Below are positions 27,459-38,800 of a stretch of 64,000 bases of DNA, piece after piece; position 1 is the first letter of the stretch; every line of letters begins with the position of its first letter. A program made the position numbers and the translations under genes. Source of the DNA: Klebsormidium nitens (lineage: Eukaryota; Plantae; Klebsormidiophyceae); contig DF237445.1 in the NCBI GenBank assembly GCA_000708835.1, forward strand, positions 1 to 64,000, read 5' to 3'. Below the pieces are notes generated by a model. That model was given only the letters and a program-made list of their open reading frames with translations, made no database searches and had not been told where the DNA came from.

Positions 27459-30400
27459 TTACACCATGTCGATCTTGGCTTGCGTGGCCGTTTTGGACGG
27501 CTCCACTTTGTAGACCTCGACCTCGTCCGTCCCGGGCGTTCGGACAGCGTACTCAAAGGACCATCTGCGCAGCGAACAGCACACGGAGATTAGTTTGACT
27601 AAAGCTGCACTCCTTGCACTCGCACACAGTATCAGGAGTCTATTTAAGCAGCGAGATAAAGGGAAGGAAGAAGCTTTCAGGACAATGCCCACAACCTGCT
27701 GCGAAGGATTCAGACTCCAGAGCTGGCCTCAAGGAACCCGTTATTGGTCCGAAAGAATGAGATTTCTGCCCGCAATGAGCAAAAGCTCGCCAGGTGCCAG
27801 CATCGACCATTTGCTTTTTCTTTCTAGCCAGCTATTCTTGGACCTCTATGGGCTCTTCAACTCTCAACATTGACAATGAACGGGCATCCCAGAGGCAAGA
27901 AGCTAAGATAAACCAAAGCAGGCGGCATTCGACTTGCGACGCCAGGACAACTACTCAACAAGAGACCCGCAGTAAGCGCGTTGGTTCAATCACCTTGACG
28001 CTGACGAGAATATGACCTCCCAGAGCGAACAAATTCTCGCCTAACACAGTCACAGTCCATCCTCTCACCCGTTAGTGGCTGCGGCGTGCTCTCCGTTCAG
28101 GTTGACCGCCACGAGCGCGCCCAGGAAGGTGGGGTAGAAGCGCCGAATTCGCGAGATGGCGTCCTCGACCGCGTCCTTTGGGTTCATTCCACGCCGCATG
28201 CTCTCCACCACTTGATAGCTGCACGGCAGCAAAAGCGGGGTATTATAAATGAGCGATCGCATTCTGATGCTTCTATCCGACTGTTCAAGCACTGCTGCTC
28301 TTAAGGATGGAGTTTCAAACACGAGTCGACTTTCTTCAAAGGTGATTCCGGCTCGTTTGGCAAGGATGCCGAGGGCAGACCCGACGATGGGACAACGTGA
28401 ACGAACTTCGTCCGGCTCACATTGATGCATTAGGAATCTACACGGAAGGGCTTGGCCAACTCTGTCCTGCCGACGCAGAAGCAGCTCTGATAAGACAAGC
28501 AGATGTACTTATTGAGGCAGAAAGCATGGTCCGCTTCATGAACATGAACCGAGACTGCTTTTAGGCATGCATGTCTCACCAGGGAAGGAACCGCATCATG
28601 ACGTCACCATCCCCTGTGGCCCCACAACCACCGATGTCGCTGTCGGCATAGGCTGACGCTCCGGCGATTGGGCCATCTCCCACCCTGCACGGGAGCAAGA
28701 CTAGATTGCTCAATTCAAGGAACAGAAACGAGATAAAAGGAAGCAGCATTTGCCTGTTCGATGAATCTGCAAGTACAGGAACATGGGAGGATGGGTAAGA
28801 CAGACAGAGATCGCCCCGGGTCTTACAAATGTGCAACGCTGAACAGCACTGCGTTGTTGGCATCGATCTGTCCCAACAGGAGCCTTGATGCGTCAAGCAA
28901 GAGGCTGCCTGAACAGAAGTAGCTCTCCAATGACTTGTGGTGGCCTGAATACAGCTGCAAAACTTGGAACACCTGGATCTCTGCTGCAGCCTTGACTTTC
29001 GTCACTTACTTCAAGATACAGCAGACCATAGTTGTGATCAAACGGACGACAAGTTGTTTTGACGAGGAAAACAATGAATTGATACATTAGCAAGGGCACT
29101 CTGTGAGCAGCACCAAGTCTAGCAGCCCACCTGCCAGGAATCTTGTTGGTGGCGCCATTTGTCGACGTCGCAGCCGCAACATTCCCATAATGGTCGATAG
29201 CGACCATCGCTATCGTGTCGTGGCTCCGCACCTCGCCCCGGGGCCTGCAGATGCTCAGCTGGTTATCAGTACCATTTTCATATTGGCAGCACTGAATGAT
29301 TGTCAAATCGCGCCTCTGACAGAAGGCCAGGTTAGCTATGGTGAATGAGGCTCGACACTAGGGCACAGCTTTCCCAACAATTTGACCAATCCTACGTCAG
29401 TGAAGAGCCACCAAGTGTGCGCTGACTTACGGTGAGAAGGAAAATGCTTCTAAAGTTCCTACAAGCGTGGTGGAAAATCCAAGAAGGGTCACAGTCGCCC
29501 ACCTGTCATCGACATCCCACTTCTCCACCCCCTTGCCCCAGCCAATCCTGCTCCGCCCCGCCTCCGGCAGCTTCATCTTCCTCCCCGCCGGCTCCGCTAC
29601 CGAGTCTTCCTTCCCACACTTTTCCCCCTGTGGGCGCCCCCCCTTTTGTAAACCCTTCTCCGTTGCCACGCTGGCTTCAACCGTGGCTCGCAAGAACTCC
29701 CTCTCTCCCCCCCCACTGGAGGCCGCTGCATCTGAAGAAGTCGCACCCTCCTCGGGTCGGTAAGGGCCACACGTTTCGGAGGAGGGGGGCTGCACGTTGG
29801 CCCAGAAGTTGGGCTGGCACGAGCGCTGTTTCCACGAGTCCCACATGGCACGGCTCTCGGGGGTGCTCAGGTCCTCTATTGGGAAACCCATGGACTGCAC
29901 ACAGAGAGGGCCCTGGGTCACCTTGTGAGCAAAGACGTTCCCAGACGAGAGCTGATAGCAAGATGGAGATTGATGAGCAAGAGGGGACTTCTCTGTCAAC
30001 AATTGCACAGAGAAGGATAAGCTTTGATTAAGCAAAAGGGGCTTTCTTGGCGAAGAAGAAGCAATTGATCTAATGACACGGTCCAAAGTTGTGCATGCTT
30101 TTGCTTGCTTAAAGGTGACAAGAGTTGGTCGGAGCTCACATCAGCTAACTGCGTTTGAATACCTGATCTGACAGCAGCCTCTCGCTGACTCCATAGCCGC
30201 TTTAGCTGCCGTGATCCTCGCGAGCAAGCTAGCCATGCTTGTTGCATACGCCCAGCAAGCAAAAGGCCTCAATACGACAAAGCGCAACCCTGAACAAACA
30301 CAAGCAACGCAAGGCAGTGGTTGGTACACCCACCCTCGCAAACTCGGTCGCCTGCTCTCCCACTAGCATGCTGTGCTTCGTATGCTCCAACACCAGTCGT

Positions 30401-31917
30401 GCCACTTGCGCCGCACCCTTCACCCGCCTCAAACTCCCCACTGCTCCCACGTTCATTGTGGAACCGTCGATCACAAGAGCGTCCAACGTGGTTTCGCCGT
30501 TCTCATCCGGGCTGCCCCCATAGCCAACTGCCAAGAAGGGAGAAAAGTTGCTGAAAACTGAAATAAGACAACAGCCTGGATTCAGGAATTAACCAGATCG
30601 TGAACAAAATGGGAAAGCCGCAATGTACTCAACATCTCCAAGATCTGTGCTTTTCAGACAAGTAACGAGTGGTTCTGCGCCTCTGACAGCTGTCAAGTAG
30701 TTCGGGAAAAAGCAGGCCTGCCTTCAGCAGCAAAAATTCTTACAGAACCATGTCACTTCAAAGCAGATGATAGCCAGCAGGCCAGCAATTGGAGTCGCTT
30801 TTTTGTAGCCACAGTGTCGCAGAGTATTGTTCATGAACCTCGCACCTTATGGCATCAAAAACCCTTCCATTGCGATGGTCATCAAAGGCGCGTCATGCTC
30901 AAGAAAAGAAGCACAGGCGCTTTTGGATCTCCACATTGCACCAACTTCGAACAAAAGATGTCTGCCTGTCTGTAGTGCACATAATCGCCACCGACCAGCC
31001 TCGTTAATTACTAACCTGACCCGTCACATTGCTCCTCCTCGCACACCGTCACCCCCTGCACCACCGCATCCAGAGCTTTACGGCCGTCCTTGACAACCTC
31101 CCAGGCGCGTTGCGTGGCATCCGTGAATGGCCACGTGTTGATCACAATAGGGAACGTCTCGCCTTTCTTCAGCCGGGGCCTGTCGTCCCGAAGACCTGCC
31201 AACGAACTTGTGCATCTGAGATATTGTATATGAGATATGTTCAAGTCAAGTATGAGAAAAACCAGACGGGAGAATCAACAGGAACAAACGTCCTCAGGGA
31301 AGGGCACAATCTTGATGCTACCAGTTGAGAACAAGTGAGGGATCCCCCTCTCAAGAGCCGAGCAGATATACGCTCCCTCTGAACAAGAATCACTCCCGGT
31401 CAGCGCAAGTCAAACTTGTATAACACAGCCCTGTTCATTGGCGCCGGAAAGGTGAGGCTGCTTACCATGTTCGCTGGCCAACTGGGGGCTCCCTATGCCC
31501 AGGGCCTCTGCAATTGTAAAGAACAGATGGTTGAACAACAAGATACTGAAGGTGGCCAGAATTGTCACAGCGACAGGCTCGGAGTGGTCATAACTTCCAC
31601 AGTCAGTTGCATTGTTAAGCTTTCACACTGTCAGAATTCCGCTAACTCTAAGATTTTGGGTTGCTGCTGGTGCGCCAGCTGTCACAATGCTCGTCTAATG
31701 CAAAGGCCCACTTTCCTTTCAACCACGCATCTTGGCCCCTCTGATAAAAGGTTGAGAGATTGTTAATTTGCAGGAGGCTTTCGGAGCGGGACATCCACTT
31801 ACCTTGGGTTGACAGTCCTTGTGATGGAACTCCTTTGAGAAGGAGACAACAAGTAACAAAAAGAAAGGCTCGTCTTAGCAGGACGGGACCACCCATCACT
31901 GCATCCAATAAAACCAT
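27459..31917 (-). CDS. AGA: N(4)-(beta-N-acetylglucosaminyl)-L-asparaginase (aspartylglucosaminidase, Ntn hydrolase), with signal peptide; start codon uncertain (31917 or 31896)
   Basis: [40 protein letters not shown]...[15 protein letters not shown] (autocleavage site), [50 protein letters not shown]. Stop TAA at 27459-27461. Confidence 0.95.
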
Positions 31918-32585
31918 TGGGCCCTGCAAGAGAAGCAGCTGACTTCGCCTAGATGTTCCAGAAATAAGAAATTGCTGCAGAGAGGTGTGTGTGTCTTGAA
32001 TGCAGACTTGTCAGCAGATTACAGCCTTCAAAGCCTTAGGTACTACCACCAGCTACTAAGCTAGGTAGTCTTAGCGGCCAGCTGGCCCTGGCAAACATGC
32101 GGTACATGCTTCCCCAAATTTCAGCTTGCCTCTGAGTAATCTTACCTACTCTGACAGTCTGACTCCTCAGCGAGTCTAGGAATGGTCGTCGCCATTTGCT
32201 CCACCAAGCTGCATAATGCATAATGCATCCCGCCTTCCTCATCAATCTGTTTGACAAACACCGAGTTTGGCGCATCCCCTGCAAATCCGAAACAGGTACC
32301 GCTGCTATCCAGGTATGATACTTTTGCTGTTTTACTGTGAAAGTACGTACCTCTAATTCTCCACGTCTCCAGATCGGTACGATTCCATTGGTTTCGATTT
32401 CTCGTGAACGGCGATGCTGAAGCCCGCGAAATGTGGACTCCGCGACAGTGCGCGTGGCGGACGCGGGCAAGGACTTCATAATGTAGTACGAAGTTCGGAG
32501 TCGCGGAGCCCAACTAGGCTATGGGGTATACTAGGCCCTAGGGGTTTCGCCCAGGTAGAACCTGTGCCCGGGCGGTGCTCCATTG

Positions 32586-32702
32586 GTACCGTCCTGGTTT
32601 CGCTAGGTACCTTCTGTGAGTGACTGGTACTACCTAACTAGGTAGGTACCAGTACGGTACCTACCGTACCCAGGTAGTAGGTACCGTACTACCGACCGGT
32701 AC
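32586..32702. repeat. GTAC-rich palindromic array (10 GTAC in 117 bp, two adjacent hairpins) in the AGA/IscA divergent promoter
   Basis: GTAC at 32586, 32607, 32627, 32646, 32652, 32657, 32666, 32681, 32686 and 32699. Inverted repeats span 32623-32653 and 32654-32687. Confidence 0.8.
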
Positions 32703-33045
32703 CGTCCCACTACCCCTGGTTGAGATATGAAATGGGAACCGGGAGGACAAACTGAAACCGTGAAAACAAACCCACCCGCTCCGCGCTGCTACGTGATCCT
32801 AAGTTTCTAGAATTTAACCCCTAAAAGCGAACCCCCTAATAGTAGTGGTCCCTCGGGCGCTAAAATATCTCAACTTGGAAAAGCTCAGCTAAAGTTCACT
32901 GCTCAGAACAGAAGCTTGAGAAAACAAAAGAACACTCTCTTAAGTCTTGTGGCGTTGCGTTGCGTTTGCGTTGGTGCGGAGCTGGGTTTGATTTGAAGCT
33001 TTGCTGGCCCTTTAATTGTGAACAGAGTCTCTGTAAGCTGACAGG

Positions 33046-34592
33046 ATGGCGTCCACAGCCTGTGCTATGAGGTTGGGGGCATTGAGCGCACCCTCGATTA
33101 ACCTGCACCCCAGGCAATATGCGCCTCATCAGAGCATTGCTGTCCTTAACTTGAATAGGAACACGCCCAGTGGCCTAAGAAGCATTCGGTCAAAAGGTCG
33201 AATCACATGCTCTGTGGGTAAGTTGGTTTTCTCCGGCTGTTTGCAATCAGGAGGCCTATTTGGTGCCTATCATGACACGCTCACAGGCACTTTGCAATCG
33301 TTTACCTGAACTTGGAATTGGGAGTGAAAAGGGAGGATGTATGATTTGTTAATGGTTGTGCTTACGTTTCGAGGCCTTGCAGATGGCCCCTTGTAATTTA
33401 GGATGCTCTTCAGGTCTCCTTGAGATGAAGTTACCTTTCCCTAAAGCAGGGTGTCTGTGGCGGTGGAAAAGATGCTTTCCGAAAGGGCTTGTAATTTCTT
33501 GCAGTATTTCACTGAACTCGCTTGAAAATGGGGCTTCTTGATGCTTGCGCAACATTACGTTTGAGGAGCAGGTGCAGAATATTACAAAGGACTTTGATCA
33601 TTATGAGATATCAATCTCTTGATCTTAGGGTTGCAGCGATTGCAGAGCCAATAAATGAACGCAGTAGGTGGTGATGCCCTATATCTCTGACGTCATATTA
33701 ATTGCTCGTCAAACTTCTGGGGCACTTGAAGGCAACCCTTGCGACGGACAATTAAATCAATAAGCAACGATATTTCCTTCAGAAGAACGGAAGCGTCTAG
33801 AGCGAAAGTTGTGACAAACGGGGGCCGTATGGCAGTTCCCAGACAATGCTGGCTCGGAAGCATTTGTTTCTGTTATACTCAAAGGGTGGTGCATCTTGTG
33901 CAGCAACCCCTTCTCCCCCAACTCTTCCCCCGGCTATCAGCCTCTCAGAAAAGGCCCTCGCACACATCAAGCGGATGCGCAACGAGTCGGGAAAAGATCT
34001 GACGCTGAGAGTGGGGGTCCGGCAGGGCGGCTGCTCAGGCATGTCGTATGTGATGGAGTTTGAGGAGCGGGCAAACATCCGGGAAGAGGACTCGTTGATT
34101 GACCAAGAGGATTTCACAATGGGTAAGTCATGTCGAATCCCCTTTTGGCAATGCCGTAGATTTCGTATCATCATCTGGATAGTACCCTGTGGTTGTGCTA
34201 GGGTCGGTGGTTCTTTTGTGTTGAAAAAAAGCGGCCATAAAGGACAAGGACTATAGATGATCAGTCTGGTAGGATGGACTCGACAGCGTTGAAATTGCTC
34301 TTCTGAACTTTGAAGTACTCCATGCTGGTAACCGATCCCTCAGGACGTACATGTAGCCACTATTCTTGGTCAGCTGGCGCTTGATCACTGCGGTGCTTTG
34401 TGTGCATATCCTGGTTTACGAAACATCGCTGTGACATGCCAGTGTTTTCTTGCAGTGTGTGATCCAAAGAGCCTGCTTTACCTGTTCGGCATGCAACTAG
34501 ACTATAGCGACGCACTGATTGGGGGAGGGTTCAGCTTCCAGAACCCCAACGCCTCATCCACCTGTGGATGCGGCAAGTCGTTTGCAGCTTGA
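33046..34592 (+). CDS. ISCA: Chloroplast iron-sulfur cluster A-type carrier (cpIscA/SufA), 3 exons
   Basis: Transit peptide, then [73 protein letters not shown] (three conserved Cys). Confidence 0.96.
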
Positions 34593-35863
34593 GCATGCGG
34601 CTACAGCTTGGTTTGCTTTTCCTTGGAGCACCAAATCTGTATATGGGCAATCAAATGCCAATAAGCACCTGTACAGTCCGAGTTTCTTTGCAGCATTGTC
34701 AGCGGTCTCTAGCACTTGCACTGACCAGCCTTATAGTTTTGGCCATGCCAACGTGTTTCAGAAGTAGGTCAAGGATATACCTTGAGCAACCTGGTGTATC
34801 AAAGATCCAGCTTGGTCTTTCAACAATTTTGGCGTCTCCAATTGAGTGCCCAGTGCTTCAAGTCACAAAACAATTATTCACCTCAACAATCCCCTGCATG
34901 CTGCATGAAGTCGCATCACATGCAAAAGATCGGCGGCACATGCACTTACGCGAGGATTTTGATAAAGCGATCTGTATCAAGTCATTGCGTGGTTATGCAT
35001 TCCGCGCAGCAGAAGTATTGGGAAAATTTTGCAAATCGCATATAACAAGCTCGTCTTCATACTTGAATTAAACATTTGCCCCTATACAAGCTCATCAATT
35101 CTGCATTCGAAAGCGTGGTTTAGCTTAGGCTCTTGCAAACCTCTTGCCATTGTCGTTCGCAAAATGTGCAATATCTGCCTGCCGCAGTGCAAATGATTCG
35201 TGCTCCCGCGACCATGCCCACATGGCGCAGGCCATGAGCTCAGCAGTGCTCACTGGTTCTGCCGCGCAGTTACCATAGCTGGCGCCGCACGGCGGCCTTA
35301 GCCATGTCATCGAATGTCTCACACTGTTAGTAAGCTTTGAGCAGACCAGTGCAGCGCCTAGGTGCCATGGAGCATGCGACCTGACCTGAATATATCATGA
35401 CAGGACATCGGCACTTATATCCCGTGCATAACATCCGAGTGCAGTGTCGTCTTGATACTGACGACAAAGCTCTGGTTCCATAGAGAAATGCCTAGCATTA
35501 ACCCTACATGATGCTTTCCATGGCCTTTGACCAGGGCTCACTGAGCGCGGAAATCGCATGATTTAACTTTCAGATCAGAGATCACGATTCTGCTGAGTGG
35601 GGAAAAGGTCGACAAGATTGAAAGCCTCCCTCAAGGGGCGCTTATAAACACTTCTCGCACAATCATAGAGCTCCGTGACCATGTACCTTCAACTCGTGAA
35701 CCGTGGCAGTCGCCTTACAACCACCCAACGCATGCGTGCTCGAAATCGAAACACAATTACCTGGACTCCCGAGTATGCCAGTGCACCTTTCTTTCAATAC
35801 CTACCCGCCCATGACTCCCTCAGGTGCCAGGGCTCTGGCTATTTCAGCCGCCAAGAATGTGCG

Positions 35864-38800
35864 CTACAAAAAGTAGTTCGCAAAGGGGAGCCTGGAGATC
35901 ACCCCTTTGGCGGCCTGGTTGACCTGCCTCAGCGCGGTCACATGCGGCTCATCGTCTTCCACGGGAACAATCCTCGCCAGCGTTCCTTTTCGGAACAGCT
36001 CCACTACCCGATTCGCGGCCTCCAGGCCCGTCACGAAGGCTTTCTCCTGTGCCACATCAGAGCCCGAGTGAGCATCAACCGGGCAAACGAATTATGAAAA
36101 GCAGGGACGGCATCCTCATGTGACAGACTCAAAAGAAAAGGGGGATCAAAACTAACGTGAAATGAGTATCTTACTCCGGGTTCAAAATAATTTGCTATAG
36201 TATTGGGAGACGGAGTCAGCGGTTGGGCGCAGTGTGCCTTTCAAACGCCACCTGCCGCCTTCCATCAATCGTCAGGTGAGGGGCCTTCCGAAGGGCCTTT
36301 GATCCGTCTCGTAAACCAATACAGAATGATATAACCGTGACGGTCGAGCTTCTACCAGGCCTGTCGAATGCGTGATTGGCATTAGACGTAGTCGTATCAA
36401 ACGGATTTTTAATTTGTGATGGCTTCTTTAAGGTTCATAACTGCACAGAAACTTCTCAGGGCAATCACCTGCGACCACGAGCCGTGCCGGTTGACGATCC
36501 AGTCACCGCTCATAAACACGTTGGGAAAGCTGGTAGTGCCGCGCATCAGGCTGGGGTACGAGCCTGCGAAGGACAGGTTTAAGGGCCAGGTTAAGGGTAG
36601 GGCCATAGAGCAGCATGACGGGCTGCGTAGCTCGAGCGAATTGAGGCACGAAATTGCGAGAAGTCCAACTAGGAACCAAAGTAATGGTGGTGCCTAACAC
36701 AGCCTCGGTTTAGGATTTTGGAAAGCAGCAAAACCATGCGGTCTCAAATGATGGTCTGTGAGCTTGTCGAGAAGTAATGGCGTGAACCGGGAAGAAGGAG
36801 AAGATGGAGCAACTTATACGGGCTCAAAAATCCTTGACGTTCCGAGTGAATGCCGCCTTGAGTTGCTCGAAGGTCCATATAGAAGCCCGAGTGGCTGGAG
36901 CAGGAAGTCCAAAACTCGCCGGTGTTCTATAGAGTCCCTCGGTCGGGCTTCTATTCGGGATCTGCAGCCTCGAATACGGCCGCGAACTAGATCCTAGCTT
37001 TGTTCCGACTTTCGTACTGGCTGAACCGAGGCCTCTTCAAATGTGCAACACTACGGCCAAAGCGAACGAAACTCTCAGCAGATATAATGAACGCCCGCTC
37101 GCTTCTCACCTGGTGAGAAGTGCGTGACCGCCCGTCGCACTCTCACGACCGCCGACTCTTTGACACTGGCCGTTCCGAACTCCGGTATACACGTGGCAAG
37201 ATAGCTCTGGACCTTCCGCACGATGGCGTCATCGCTTAGAGGCAGGAATTGGTTCGCATGGTACTGCAGGGGCGGACACGCAGAACGTCAGCTCCTCTCG
37301 CGGACAGTCAGGATCGATGACGTCAACTTTAGTGCCTTTCATTCGTCGTGTTACTTTTACAAGGGAGAGGGGGTCAGAGGAGAGCCCAGCTTGAAAGGAA
37401 CAGTTCGGAGGCGCCGGGAAGCTTTCAAGCATACAGGGGGACGAGTTTGCAATTTAAAAGTGACGTCGCCAACACCAAAGGCCGCAAAGCACAACAGGTG
37501 CTCTTGGAGGACTAGTGCGCAGATAAGCCATCGCGCAACTCGATCATAGTACGGAAAATACCGTAAAAACGGTGCCGCTTTGCACGTGGAGAAGCGGAGA
37601 GTAAGGAGGATACATGTTGTCAGGTTCCGAAACAGCAGGAGTCCGACTGAGAACACAACTGAGAATTCGTTTTAATTGTGGTGCCATGAACAATCTTTCC
37701 TGGGACTGGATTGTAATAGAAGTGCCATAAAGACCTCAACAACATCCAAAGCACAGACACCGGGATTTGTAGGACAGGTTTGGACAAGAAATTGGGCCTT
37801 CCTTCTCTTACATGAAAGGAACCAGACAATCCATTGAATCATTCGTCTAGCTGTAGACGTGAATAAAAAGCAGTGGGCACTCACAAAGTCCGCTTCGACT
37901 ACGGTCCCCGGTTCGTCGCGGTACTCGTCGTGCAGCGCGTTGAGGTCGAAGAACGTCCAGCCGGTGGTGCTGTCAAAGCCGAAGCACGCGTTGCTGGGCT
38001 TGGGGATGGGGATCTGCAAACCACACGGGGGGGCGTCGCAACCCAAGTCGCTCTACTTTTGGCTCGGCACAATGGCAAGACAACACCGAATAACCGCAGC
38101 TAAAGCCAACTTTTGCTATCTTTTGGAAAGTTTCGAGAAAGTTCACAACCTGGCAGGCAAAGCGCACCGACGCCGAGGCGTACTAAATCAGGAAAGCTGT
38201 GCATTCGCTCAAGGAGGGGAATTGAGTCAAACGCCTTTGGTCGAGTAGGATACCCAATTGATCCGTTGCCAGCAGCACATTGCCGCTTCTCCGCAGAGTG
38301 CCTCCATCGATGCGGTTTTCGAGGGAGGCAAACACGAAAAGAGCACATTAGAAGAAGCAAAACGATGGCGCAGAGGAATTCCGGATCTCGAACGCGGAGG
38401 AGAGAGACCCGTACCTTTTTATCCAGCCATAGCCGGACAGCCAAAATGTCCACCGCGCCTAAGTTCGCTGTGCTCAGAAATTCGTCCCGCGTCCGTAGCA
38501 CTGAGCTGCAGCCAGAGGAGAAGGGTTCTTGACATGTTAAAATGAAGAATCCATGCAGCATACGAGAGCTCGAACACGGCGTTTAAGTGTGGCATGAAAC
38601 ACAATCATATTGGTGCATTTGGATCACCTAGTTCCTCTTTTGCAGTGTGCTCGTTGATGTGGTTTGGGGCGTTCCCTCTAACTGTTCTGTGCTGCCCGCC
38701 CTGTTCTTTATCGTAATTGCTGTTCTCAACGGACCGAGCTAAGAGAGCTGATAAGCGACATACAATCAACCGGCAAGCCACGCAGTCAGATTCGTGGGCC

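Noticed and set aside
32142-32196. Upstream ATG exon (MATTIPRLAEESDCQSR) as the AGA start
   Set aside because: Splicing to the acceptor near 31925 puts it out of frame with AGA and reaches a stop; at most a uORF or 5' UTR exon.
32586-32702. CRISPR-like array
   Set aside because: No constant repeat with unique spacers, eukaryotic context and no cas genes.
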